The position numbers and the translations under genes are program-made. This document shows positions 52,467 to 64,000 of a DNA stretch of 64,000 nucleotides, one piece after another (positions within the stretch are counted from its first letter, which is position 1; each line of letters starts with the position of its first letter). Source of the stretch: Octopus bimaculoides (taxonomy: Eukaryota); contig NC_068994.1 in assembly GCF_001194135.2 (NCBI RefSeq), positions 40,778,238 to 40,842,237 on the forward strand. Direction: 5' to 3'. The notes beneath the pieces were generated by a model. The model was not told the DNA's origin. It ran no database searches and saw nothing but the letters and a program-made list of their open reading frames with translations.

Positions 52467-55463
52467 CACACACACACACACACACACACACACNNNNNNN
52501 NNNNNNNNNNNNNNNNNNNNNNNNNNNNNNNNNNNNNNNNNNNNNNNNNNNNNNNNNNNNNNNNNNNNNNNNNNNNNNNNNNNNNNNNNNNNNNNNNNNN
52601 NNNNNNNNNNNNNNNNNNNNNNNNNNNNNNNNNNNNNNNNNNNNNNNNNNNNNNNNNNNNNNNNNNNNNNNNNNNNNNNNNNNNNNNNNNNNNNNNNNNN
52701 NNNNNNNNNNNNNNNNNNNNNNNNNNNNNNNNNNNNNNNNNNNNNNNNNNNNNNNNNNNNNNNNNNNNNNNNNNNNNNNNNNNNNNNNNNNNNNNNNNNN
52801 NNNNNNNNNNNNNNNNNNNNNNNNNNNNNNNNNNNNNNNNNNNNNNNNNNNNNNNNNNNNNNNNNNNNNNNNNNNNNNNNNNNNNNNNNNNNNNNNNNNN
52901 NNNNNNNNNNNNNNNNNNNNNNNNNNNNNNNNNNNNNNNNNNNNNNNNNNNNNNNNNNNNNNNNNNNNNNNNNNNNNNNNNNNNNNNNNNNNNNNNNNNN
53001 NNNNNNNNNNNNNNNNNNNNNNNNNNNNNNNNNNNNNNNNNNNNNNNNNNNNNNNNNNNNNNNNNNNNNNNNNNNNNNNNNNNNNNNNNNNNNNNNNNNN
53101 NNNNNNNNNNNNNNNNNNNNNNNNNNNNNNNNNNNNNNNNNNNNNNNNNNNNNNNNNNNNNNNNNNATATATATATATATATATAAATGTATGTATCCAT
53201 TTATAAGCATGCATATAGGAGTGTAATTCACGATAAAGGAGGCTTGTCATATATGGGGATTGATGTTTATCAGTTGCGTAGAAATGCAATCTAAATTTAG
53301 GTGAATTGCAATTTAGTCGTGTAAATGCTAAGAAATATGTTCAAATAATTATCAATATATGAAACTAGTTTCTGACAAAATTAAAAGCTTATGAACAGAT
53401 ATCTGCATTAAAGAGAATTCTATATCTTTTCTCAGTAATGGTTTTCTGAAACGTTACCAACAATGTGGGCAAATTTTAGTATCTAGATCAGATTTACATT
53501 TAAACACTTAGATAAAATATGAATGCAATCGTACAATAATTTCTATGTATATAAAACGCTAGAAATAAATTACATCTTACGATTCATGAAATCACGCTTT
53601 TACCATTATCTCATTAACTTGTACATCAAGCTGTCCTCATCAGGCAGCCACGATGTCATCCTACAATATCAATATTCGTGTAGCTGCTTCAGAGTTCTCA
53701 TTTCATATTTTGTTTCTTTCGTAGTGTATGACGAAAGGACATTTGAGTTACAATCGTTTTTCTATTAAATTTTTCCCAATAAATTGTGTTCCAAAATAAC
53801 TTCTGCTCCCAAATGCGGGTGTACTCTGAAGACAGGAAGGAGATATAAAGGAATAATTTCAACGATGACTTCAATCTAATACTGTCAAACGTGTGATTTA
53901 CAGAAAAAATGAGACTGAATGTGAACATGAAAACTTTCGGACACAGATTATGATCACACACAATTTCAAAAACCCGCTGGATACTTCTGATGAGCGACAA
54001 GCTCGTGCAAAATAGTTAGGCTGCATATAAACATTATAAACACCTACAGCAACGCTAGATCAGCGATCCCCCCACTATATGCAGAAGCTGTATCCCGGCT
54101 ATGCCCACAGAATCTGTTGATCAGGTAACTTCATGGACTTTCAATTGATATCATGTTCGACATTTCGAACAATTCCTTAGCCAATAATTGGAGGCGAGAG
54201 ATAAATGCAATACTCCCAGCTTAAAGAAGGAGTTGCAGTAATAAATGTTATGAACTACAGCATGTGCGGCAATATCAGTTTATCGGTGCCATCAGTGTCA
54301 TGTACAAAATCGCCCATCAAGTTTGTGCAAGTCCCATAGGGACAAATGCATTTCCAAATACAGCACAAATCATTTGAAATGATACAGTAGCTCCTTCTCC
54401 CGATCGTATAATATGTGGAAAATAATGCAAATATTCCTCCGAAATTCTCAAGTTAAAATAAATAAAAAGCATGAATTTATAGACGTAACTTGAAATTTGG
54501 GTTCGATACGTAAACAATGATTACAATAATGTATGTCTTAGCAATGGCAATAATTATGCTAACAAATGCCATTCCAGACTCACATAGCCTACACACAGCT
54601 GAAGTGATATATTTAATAGAGACCGCAAACACTAAGATATTCAGTTAACGCGTTCGACTATCTTCGATATATCAGAGAAATAATAACCAGTACACATTGA
54701 AAATATTATTCACTGAAAGGCTTCTGGGTGGAAAGTAGAAGAAGAAGGAAGGCTAGAATAAATTTCAACTGTTTGCACATATCCTTCGTAACTCCAAGTA
54801 CAGTTCGTAATCAGCTGTTAAAATGTGTTATGTATTTTCAAAAAGACTGTTAGCTTCGAGCGTATGAAAGAGCTGGGGAATATTATTTCTCTTTCCTATG
54901 TAAAAGTAAACAAAATATTCAAACGTATGCCATGTTACTAAAGATGAATTATCATAATCGATACGATAACCATGGTCCAACTGCGTGGACTGTTTACAAT
55001 TTGCATTTGTAGTAGACGGGAAATGAAAACATTGAAGAGAAATACAAAGATCACGAACCAGTTACTTCTTGGCTTAGTAACATCGTATTTCTTTAAAATA
55101 ACATTAATAATACATTTGAGGAGATTATTTCTTTCAGATATAATTGGGTATATGAAAGGGAAACCTTTTCAAAATCCTATAATTCTTTCAATTAATTGCT
55201 TCGCCACTTTTTAACATGCGGCATAGCATCTTTTTCTTCATGTTTTTCATATGATTGTATAGTCTGCTAGATAACATTGTTACTTACGATACCGTCTCCA
55301 AATCTGATAAATAATCAATGTGTTAAAGTCGGTTTAGACAAATCTATGACGTCAAAATAGAATGATGATGATACTCAAAGCCTTATGACGCAATTCTCGC
55401 GCAAATGTCATTAAAACCTAAAAATAATTTCTTACACAGTTAATAAATATATATATATATATA

Positions 55464-55707
55464 AAGTGATGGTTTGTTGCCAACTTAATGTGGCAGTCCC
55501 AGGAAAGGGGTGAAAGGTACGGCTATTTAGCACCAAGAAACACCGTTTCTAGTTGACTACGTGACACAAGCGTTGTGTGTCTTTCAGTTTTCAAACAGAG
55601 GTGATATGCACCTCCACCAAACAAAGCCAGCATTTAGGGGCTAAATAGCAGTAGTAGTCTTCCCTTTCCTGGGACTGCGACATTAAGTTGGCAAGAGACC
55701 ATCTCTT
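55464..55707. mobile_element. MITE with imperfect TIRs of about 65 bp and a TA target duplication
   Basis: TA|AAGTGATGGTTTGTTGCCAACTTAATGTGGCAGTCCCAGGAAAGGG...CCCTTTCCTGGGACTGCGACATTAAGTTGGCAAGAGACCATCTCTT|TA. Confidence 0.8.
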
Positions 55708-56114
55708 TATTGTGCTGCTATTGCAAAACTCTCGATAAGAGATTTAGAAATGCAAATGCAATATTTCTTTTAAATATATATATATATATATATATATANN
55801 NNNNNNNNNNNNNNNNNNNNNNNNNNNNNNNNNNNNNNNNNNNNNNNNNNNNNNNNNNNNNNNNNNNNNNNNNNNNNNNNNNNNNNNNNNNNNNNNNNNN
55901 NNNNNNNNNNNNNNNNNNNNNNNNNNNNNNNNNNNNNNNNNNNNNNNNNNNNNNNNNNNNNNNNNNNNNNNNNNNNNNNNNNNNNNNNNNNNNNNNNNNN
56001 NNNNNNNNNNNNNNNNNNNNNNNNNNNNNNNNNNNNNNNNNNNNNNNNNNNNNNNNNNNNNNNNNNNNNNNNNNNNNNNNNNNNNNNNNNNNNNNNNNNN
56101 NNNNNNNNNNNNNN

Positions 56115-56318
56115 GTATATATACACATATGTGTGTGTGTGTGTTTGTCCCTCCAACATTGCTTGACAACCGATGCTGGTGTGTTTACGTCCCCGTAACA
56201 CTAGCGGTTCGGCAAAAGAGACCGATACAATAAGTCCTTGGGTCGATTTGCTCGACTAAAGGCGGTGCTCCAGCATGGCCACAGTCAAATGACTGAAACA
56301 AGTAAAAGAGTAAAAGAG
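56115..56318 (+). mobile_element. CORE-type SINE 3' half emerging from a gap
   Basis: gtgtttgtccctccaacattgcttgacaaccgatgctgg..gactgaaacaagtaaaagagtaaaagag. Confidence 0.85.
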
Positions 56319-56387
56319 TATATATACACATATGTGTGTGTGTGTGTTTGTGTATGTGTGTGTGTAAGTGTGCGTGTTTGTGTGTAT

Positions 56388-56705
56388 TATCGGCATAAAC
56401 CTAAAAAAAGGTTTAAGGATGGCATAAGGACTGCTATGAAGTCAATTGGAATGGCTCCAAAAGATATAGAAGTCCTCGCTTCAGATCGAGTTGGATGGCG
56501 AACAAGGGTGTGGAGTGGAGTGAAAGCATTTGAAGAGGCCAGGATGATGCAAGCAGGGATCAAGAGACATTTAAGGAAAAAGGTGAAGACTGAGAAGGTG
56601 AATGACAAGGACCTTTTTGTGTGCACAGTCTGTGACAGACCATGTCTGTCCTTGACTGGCCTCAAATCTCACCTGCGAACCCATGGAAAACAAACCTCAC
56701 CCAGC
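56388..56705 (+). mobile_element. RTE-BovB-like LINE C-terminal fragment with terminal C2H2-type motif
   Basis: PKKRFKDGIRTAMKSIGMAPKDIEVLASDRVGWR...CTVCDRPCLSLTGLKSHLRTH matches the KRxKD..LAxDRxxWR..CxxCxRxCxSxxGLxSHxRxH end of BovB-type RTEs. Confidence 0.8.
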
Positions 56706-57044
56706 TANNNNNNNNNNNNNNNNNNNNNNNNNNNNNNNNNNNNNNNNNNNNNNNNNNNNNNNNNNNNNNNNNNNNNNNNNNNNNNNNNNNNNNNNNNNNN
56801 NNNNNNNNNNNNNNNNNNNNNNNNNNNNNNNNNNNNNNNNNNNNNNNNNNNNNNNNNNNNNNNNNNNNNNNNNNNNNNNNNNNNNNNNNNNNNNNNNNNN
56901 NNNNNNNNNNNNNNNNNNNNNNNNNNNNNNNNNNNNNNNNNNNNNNNNNNNNNNNNNNNNNNNNNNNNNNNNNNNNNNNNNNNNNNNNNNNNNNNNNNNN
57001 NNNNNNNNNNNNNNNNNNNNNNNNNNTATATATATATATATATA

Positions 57045-57290
57045 GTCAATTCAACGACCAAAACAAGAGAACGAATAAAAAACGTAGAGAGAAAAAAATG
57101 GAAACATAAACAAAAGACAAAAAAAACAAACAAACGTGAAGTCGTACACAAAACTCATATTAGTTTGGATGCTCGGTGAAAGGAGAGAGTTTTAACGTTT
57201 CGAGCATGGCTCGTCGTCGGAAAGGAGGAAAGGAAGAGTTCTGAGAATAAGGAAAAAGGAAAATCACCAACCGCCCATTTGTGGTTACAT
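57045..57290 (+). mobile_element. Probable Penelope-like element terminal repeat remnant (related pieces at about 42020-42160 and 59085-59235)
   Basis: acgtttcgagcatggctcgtcgtcggaaagg resembles the GTTTCG..CTCTTC.TCAG motif of PLE pseudo-LTR ends. Confidence 0.35.
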
Positions 57291-57901
57291 TTACATTCAC
57301 TCACACACATCTATACAGATACGTACATAGATGCATATTTGTACGTATGGGTATCTGTTTCTATATAAATATCTATATCTTTGTATGTGCATATACATTC
57401 GATCACACGTATACTTAACCACATACTGTTCGTGAAGCAGAAAGAAAGCAGTAAAGACGAATACTATTCGCATATACTTACGAGTTCAATTAAGGAGGTA
57501 TTTAAGAATTATAACTGAAGTCTCCTATTTATTGGGCTAGTTAGCTGTAAATCGTTGCACACTTAGTGAATTATTAATGCTAAAATCGTATAACTATATT
57601 GTATAGAATAGCCATTACAATTCTTTCCAAAATGAAGATCTATCTTCTTCCGTATTAATCTCCCCAAAGTGTTAATTTTGTACTGAATGCCTCGATATAT
57701 TTAATATTTAGAAAGGTAAACATTTGAATTTAAAGACTAATTAAAGATTTTTAAATATTAATTACTCTGTGCCGAGACATAAATATTTATATAAGTTTGC
57801 CTAACAACTACGACACTGTTGGTTACGATGATGAGGTGACAGTCGATCCAATAAACGGAATAGCCTGCTTGTGAACTTAACGTGCAACTGGCTGTGAATT
57901 T

Positions 57902-58041
57902 CACAGACTACCAGTAACGTAGTCCTTAGGGAATTCCACATACTACCAGTAACGTAGTCCTTAGGGAATTCCACAGACTACCATAAAGTAGTCCTTAGGG
58001 AATTCCACAGACTACCATTAACGTAGTCCTTAGGGATATTC
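57902..58041. repeat. Minisatellite of about 35 bp x4 inside a family C SINE body
   Basis: cacagactaccagtaacgtagtccttagggaattc and three variants (35, 35, 34, 36 bp). Confidence 0.95.
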
Positions 58042-59349
58042 AACATGACACAGACTGTGACGATGTAGGCCCTTTGAAATTCAGGTAACACTCATTTTGC
58101 CGGCCGAGTGAAAAAATGTGTCTTGCCCAAGGACACAACACACTACTCCTTAAGTGCTACACTCTGACTCCCGTCTATCAGTCCATAAGGATTTTAAATA
58201 TTATTTTACGCGTACATACTCATGCGTTGGTTTTCTAATTGAATATCCCTTCAAATAACAGTGGTTAGTAAGGATTTATTGAGAGGCGTGGCTATGTGCT
58301 AGGAAGTTTGCGTCCCAAGAACATGGTTCCAGGTTCAGTCACACTTCGTAACTATCGGTCTCTTTTGCCGAACCGCTAGATTACGGGGACGTAAACACAC
58401 CAGCATCGGTTATCAAGTGATATTGGGGGGACAAACAGAGACAAACAAACGCACACACACACACACCCACACACACACACACACACATATATACGTATAT
58501 ATATATANNNNNNNNNNNNNNNNNNNNNNNNNNNNNNNNNNNNNNNNNNNNNNNNNNNNNNNNNNNNNNNNNNNNNNNNNNNNNNNNNNNNNNNNNNNNN
58601 NNNNNNNNNNNNNNNNNNNNNNNNNNNNNNNNNNNNNNNNNNNNNNNNNNNNNNNNNNNNNNNNNNNNNNNNNNNNNNNNNNNNNNNNNNNNNNNNNNNN
58701 NNNNNNNNNNNNNNNNNNNNNNNNNNNNNNNNNNNNNNNNNNNNNNNNNNNNNNNNNNNNNNNNNNNNNNNNNNNNNNNNNNNNNNNNNNNNNNNNNNNN
58801 NNNNNNNNNNNNNNNNNNNNNNNNNNNNNNNNNNNNNNNNNNNNNNNNNNNNNNNNNNNNNNNNNNNNNNNNNNNNNNNNNNNNNNNNNNNNNNNNNNNN
58901 NNNNNNNNNNNNNNNNNNNNNNNNNNNNNNNNNNNNNNNNNNNNNNNNNNNNNNNNNNNNNNNNNNNNNNNNNNNNNNNNNNNNNNNNNNNNNNNNNNNN
59001 NNNNNNNNNNNNNNNNNNNNNNNNNNNNNNNNNNNNNNNNNCACACACACACACACACACGCACACATATACTCAATTTAAATAAAAATTTACGGACAGC
59101 AAGAAATGCATTAGCTTGACGCTTGATGAAAAGAGCAGGCGTGACATTTCTAGCTTACCGCTTCGTCGGAAAAGGAGAAGAGAAAAGTCCAAAGAAGGAA
59201 ACGAAATCGCCAACAGCTCGTGTGTAAATCTATTGCTGAAGTGACCGGGAGTAGAAAAAGATAGCAACAGTGAGCTAACTCCATTGTTGGTGTGACTGGA
59301 AGTAGAAAGAGATAGCAAAAGTAGGTTCTTGGGACAAGAGAGTGAGAAG

Positions 59350-60599
59350 ATGGTCAGTGTGTATGTGTGTTGTAGATTGTGTATGTGCGCGCGTGTGTAT
59401 TTGTTTGATTAGTATGTGTGTGTGGCAGTATCAGTGTGCGTGTGTGTATGTGTGAGTAGTGTGTATGCGTGTGTGTGCGTGTGTGTTTGTGTGCGTGTGT
59501 GTTTGTGTGAGTAGTTTGTGTGTGTGTGCGTGTTGTAGTATCAGCGTTCCTGTGTGTTCTACCCACAAGGGGCTACACACAGAGGGGACAAACAAGGATA
59601 GACAAACGGATTAAGTCGATTATATCGACTCCAGTGCGTAACTGGTACTTATTTAATCGACCCCGAAAGGATGAAAGGCAAAGTCGTCCTCGGCGGAATT
59701 TGAACTCAGAACGTAGCGGCAGACGAAATACCGCTGGGCATTTCGTCGGGCGTGCTAACGTTTCTGCCAGCTCGCCGCCTTGGCAGTGTATGTGTGTGTG
59801 TGTGTGTGGTAGTATAAGTGTGCGTGTGTATTTGTATTTGTGTCAGTCACCGAGAAGGTGACCGTTGTGNNNNNNNNNNNNNNNNNNNNNNNNNNNNNNN
59901 NNNNNNNNNNNNNNNNNNNNNNNNNNNNNNNNNNNNNNNNNNNNNNNNNNNNNNNNNNNNNNNNNNNNNNNNNNNNNNNNNNNNNNNNNNNNNNNNNNNN
60001 NNNNNNNNNNNNNNNNNNNNNNNNNNNNNNNNNNNNNNNNNNNNNNNNNNNNNNNNNNNNNNNNNNNNNNNNNNNNNNNNNNNNNNNNNNNNNNNNNNNN
60101 NNNNNNNNNNNNNNNNNNNNNNNNNNNNNNNNNNNNNNNNNNNNNNNNNNNNNNNNNNNNNNNNNNNNNNNNNNNNNNNNNNNNNNNNNNNNNNNNNNNN
60201 NNNNNNNNNNNNNNNNNNNNNNNNNNNNNNNNNNNNNNNNNNNNNNNNNNNNNNNNNNNNNNNNNNNNNNNNNNNNNNNNNNNNNNNNNNNNNNNNNNNN
60301 NNNNNNNNNNNNNNNNNNNNNNNNNNNNNNNNNNNNNNNNNNNNNNNNNNNNNNNNNNNNNNNNNNNNNNNNNNNNNNNNNNNNNNNNNNNNNNNNNNNN
60401 NNNNNNNNNNNNNNNNNNNNNNNNNNNNNNNNNNNNNNNNNNNNNNNNNNNNNNNNNNNNNNNNNNNNNNNNNNNNNNNNNNNNNNNNNNNNNNNNNNNN
60501 NNNNNNNNNNNNNNNNNNNNNNNNNNNNNNNNNNNNNNNNNNNTGGGTGTGTGTGTGTGTGTGTATATGCATACATGTATGCGCGTTCTCTGTACGTAG

Positions 60600-60642
<43 letters not shown>

Positions 60643-61250
60643 GATGTGTCTATGTGCATGTGAGCGCGTACGTGTGAATGTGGTGTTGTGACGGGGTTTG
60701 AGGGGGCGAAATGCCAAGTGTATATGTGTGAAACCCTGTGTATGTAAACATGCGTGTGTGTCTGTGTGTGAGTAGGTGCTCTATGTGGAAGTGTATGTGT
60801 GGCCATGTGTGGAGGATGTGTATATATTAGTATGTGTGTGTGGGCGTATAAGTGTGTTTGTATGTGTGTGTGGTTGTGGAGGAGGGCATGAGTGAGTGTG
60901 TAAATACATGAGTATGTGTGTGTGTGTGTCTGTCTGCATATAAATGTGCGTACGAGTGTGTGTAAGGAGGACCTCTATGTGGGTGTGTGTCTCTCTGTGC
61001 GGATGTATATGTGTGTGTATATGTGTACATGCATATGTGTATATATGTGTGTGTATGTACGTTGGTGCGTATGTGTGTATGTGCTATGTCTGCGGTTGGA
61101 AGGTATGATATTTTCATGTCGAGATAAGTCAACATGTGTGTGTGTGTGTGTGTGCGTGTGTATGTTAGTGTGTGTGTGTGGTATGTGTCTGTATATTATG
61201 TGGTTGTACTCAAGCTATTAGTATTGGTCTGCGTGTGTGCGAAAGGGATA
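59350..61250. repeat. About 1.9-kb degenerate (TG)-rich low-complexity tract containing a gap
   Basis: Directly visible. Confidence 0.9.
59578..59782 (-). mobile_element. SINE family A, CpG-intact copy
   Basis: atcgaccccgaaaggatgaaaggcaaagtcgtcctcggcggaatttgaactcagaacgtagcggcagacgaaataccgc. Confidence 0.9.
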
Positions 61251-63674
61251 GAAGTAGAAGAATATAAACTGATATAATTGTTATTTAAGATAATATTATA
61301 ATGTTATTATTCTCGTTGTTGTTATTATTATTATTATTATAAATGTAAAAGTTGCGTGATTGTGATTGTTCAATTCCGCCATGGAATTTTTCAAAGAAAT
61401 CTTAATTGTGTACATCTTGAAAATATTGGCTTAACAACCTCTATTTCTTCTACGTAGCTTTAAACCAATATGAAAACGTGTGTACCGCTGAAAGGAGGTT
61501 TGCATGACAATGCGAAAATTCAAGGAACTCGGTCAGTTACTGAAACATTTGTAACTTCCATCGCGTGAGACATGCTGTACAGCTCTACTGTCAGGCTGTT
61601 TCCCATGCATTCTAATCCAATAACGTTGAGAATCCTGCCATTGTCGTATTAATGTAGGAAGGCACTTTTATTAAATTTTATAAAATTTTTCTGACAAAAT
61701 CGTTGTCAAAGCTCAAAATTGTTGGACACTCAGTAGAAAAGATGTTCTTTATGGCAAAATTTTGTCTACTTATCGATCAGTTTTCAAAAATTTCACTATC
61801 CACCAAATCTCTAAAATAGCAATTTCTTGGGCATTGAAGCACATCAATGTTATTAATAGTCGCAGTGAATTGTTGCTTAATCTTATAGTACATAACGTTG
61901 TATGCTACCTCATTTTGCTCAACATCAAATACCTCGTTTCAACGGAATATAAATATGGTTGAAGCATTCATATAAACTAAAGTTGTTTTTTTTTACAATT
62001 TTCACACATAGTTGATCTGTAAGAAAATTTGCTTCAATGGTTTCTCATAGTTTGTGTTAGTGCTGTAACTTAAACATGGGTACACAAACTCAGATAAACC
62101 CGTAATAGAAGCGTGTTGCTCTTTATATTTTCCCGATTACTTAGTATCACCACTAAAATGAGACAGAGTATCCAGATTAATGGAAGAGCACATCACTTAC
62201 AAAATGCTGTATGCCAAAAGATCCAAAGTATATTGAACGGTTTTATCTACTCTTATATCGACTGTAACAACATAGTGTACTCATTTATACACAGTAGAGT
62301 GATTTATAAACAAGGAGAATTGCTGCAATATGATAAGAAAACATCCACAGTTACCTTCACATATTTTTACAGTTTTATTTTTTCGGTAAGCCTGGTGAGT
62401 GACATCTTTTGCAAATTGTATAACAGCATAACTTGTTTGAAAAACAAGCGATATTTCCATTTATATTCAAAGCGGTATCGTAAAATTGGGGCCAGTACCG
62501 ACATTATTATGTTCAAAAGTAATTAGTTACCAGATTTAGTAGCCACTTGATATTGAGTGAATTCTACATAGATAACAGTTTTTATAACCTAATAAACAAC
62601 TGACAGCAGTCCCATTTTGAAATGTCCTTGTTTCTTTCACAATGAAGACAAAAACTGTTTTACAGAATACAATGTAGCTTTGGGCACGAAGAATAATCAC
62701 AATGGTGGCTATTACAGCAGGAACAAATATAAACTGTTTGGTTGACAAAGGGGGACATTATGATCGATAATAAATTTTTTGATAGTTTCCAAAATCCTAA
62801 AAGAAAAATGTATATTTACGTTGAGAGAATACATAAGATACATTTATTTGCAGGACAAGCGCCAACAGCATTTTCATTTCACGAGTTGATATTCTAATAG
62901 GTTCTCGCATTCATTTGCTACGAAACGCCAGAGGAAGGGTATTGTGCTGCTTTTTTGTCTATTGAAACGAAAATTCAATTCAATTAAATGAATGTTATAA
63001 TTTGCCAAATTACAGAATTGCATGCTCTCTTTAAAAAGGAAAACTTAAAGACAAATTGTTAATAATGCAACGACATGTTGTATGTCTCCACTCTGTCAAT
63101 ATGTAGGATAAAATTTATACACGCAACACGTTCGTTGACCTCAGTTATTCACTTCAATATTTCTCCAGGAATTGTGGCGACCGCGAAAAATTGGACATCT
63201 CAGATTTATAAAATTTATATAATTATTTAGTTTTAATATAATTCATATGACGGGGGGAAAACGCTAGCTATAATATTAATTCTATTATATGCACGATGCA
63301 TTTGGTTACTAAGAAATCGATTTTTAAAGAAAATCTTAACTGAGGATACGTATTTATGATATTATATTTGACTTGTAATATTATCAAATATAAAATAAAA
63401 GATATTAATTTCAGGTTTTATGACATCATCACTAAGAGTGAACGCAGTTGCCCGCATTATGTTATATAACAAGCAAGTATTCAACGAATGAGTAGTGTAT
63501 AGTTATATTCGGATTATAATTATATATATTGTCTTTAAACAGATATTAGCGAAAATGGAGTGAAATCAACTTCCCAAGTGTTGTAGTGATGTCAATAAAA
63601 TACATGCGCGTGGGAATAGAAAGTGATGTTTGGGCGAATGTCTTTATTAACAGTTAAAAAAGTATTATTATCAG

Positions 63675-63898
63675 GCTGACACCGACATCTTATTTCGTGC
63701 CGCAGGTAATTCAATCTCTTTTATTGATTTAATTGTACAATCGTTGATGTGTTATTTCTATAACTTAGAATGTCATAAAATAACATTAATAAATAGTTTG
63801 ATTCCGTTTCACTCGGACAAATCGACGATCAACGACGTTCCTGCAATTGCTGTTCCATCTTAAATTATATGTGGTTCTTTTACTATGTCACTTACGAG
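63675..63898 (+). CDS. Candidate exon pair (63675-63705 and 63797-63898): xLTPTSYFVPQ / FDSVSLGQIDDQRRSCNCCSILNYMWFFYYVTYE
   Basis: Donors CAG|GTAATT and GAG|GTAAGT, 91-bp intron, compatible phase 0; the second exon is 102 nt with only one open frame. Protein not recognised. Confidence 0.4.
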
Positions 63899-64000
63899 GT
63901 AAGTTCAAACGGTTCCCAAACTAATTATGTTTAATAAAACATAATTTATTTAACTAAATTTTAACATCATCGAAATAGTAACTTTGCGCAGCAATACACC

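Noticed and set aside
56625-56690. Host C2H2 zinc-finger gene
   Set aside because: A single finger at the end of an RTE-BovB-like C-terminus, with no TGEKP linkers or array.
57902-58041. CRISPR array
   Set aside because: Units abut with no unique spacers, lie inside a SINE, and there are no cas genes; the context is eukaryotic.

Overview
AT-rich eukaryotic draft-assembly sequence with many N gaps (roughly a fifth of the window), dense in microsatellites. The repeat complement (tRNA-derived CORE-type and other SINEs, RTE and REL-endonuclease LINE fragments, extreme AT/AC/AG/trinucleotide microsatellite load) is most like a coleoid cephalopod (Octopus-type) genome; this is an inference. Nearly all ORFs in the supplied track are artefacts of microsatellites or N runs. 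No complete gene, true tRNA/rRNA, prokaryotic feature or CRISPR array is supported. Supported: three tRNA-headed SINE families (dozens of copies), RTE LINE fragments and tails, 5'-truncated R4/Dong-like retrotransposon ends nested in (TAA)n, a CR1/L2-like fragment, an internally deleted Tc1/mariner (maT-like) element with TIRs, hAT-, piggyBac- and TA-type MITEs, a non-autonomous Helitron containing TTAGGG repeats, a 318-bp foldback, and a few unidentified candidate exons. Most interesting: several TAA-targeting retrotransposon lineages stacked in one microsatellite and interleaved with an opposite-strand SINE, a SINE that seeds microsatellites and assembly gaps, a hairpin-unit minisatellite born inside a SINE, and a CpG-decay boundary near 46 kb.
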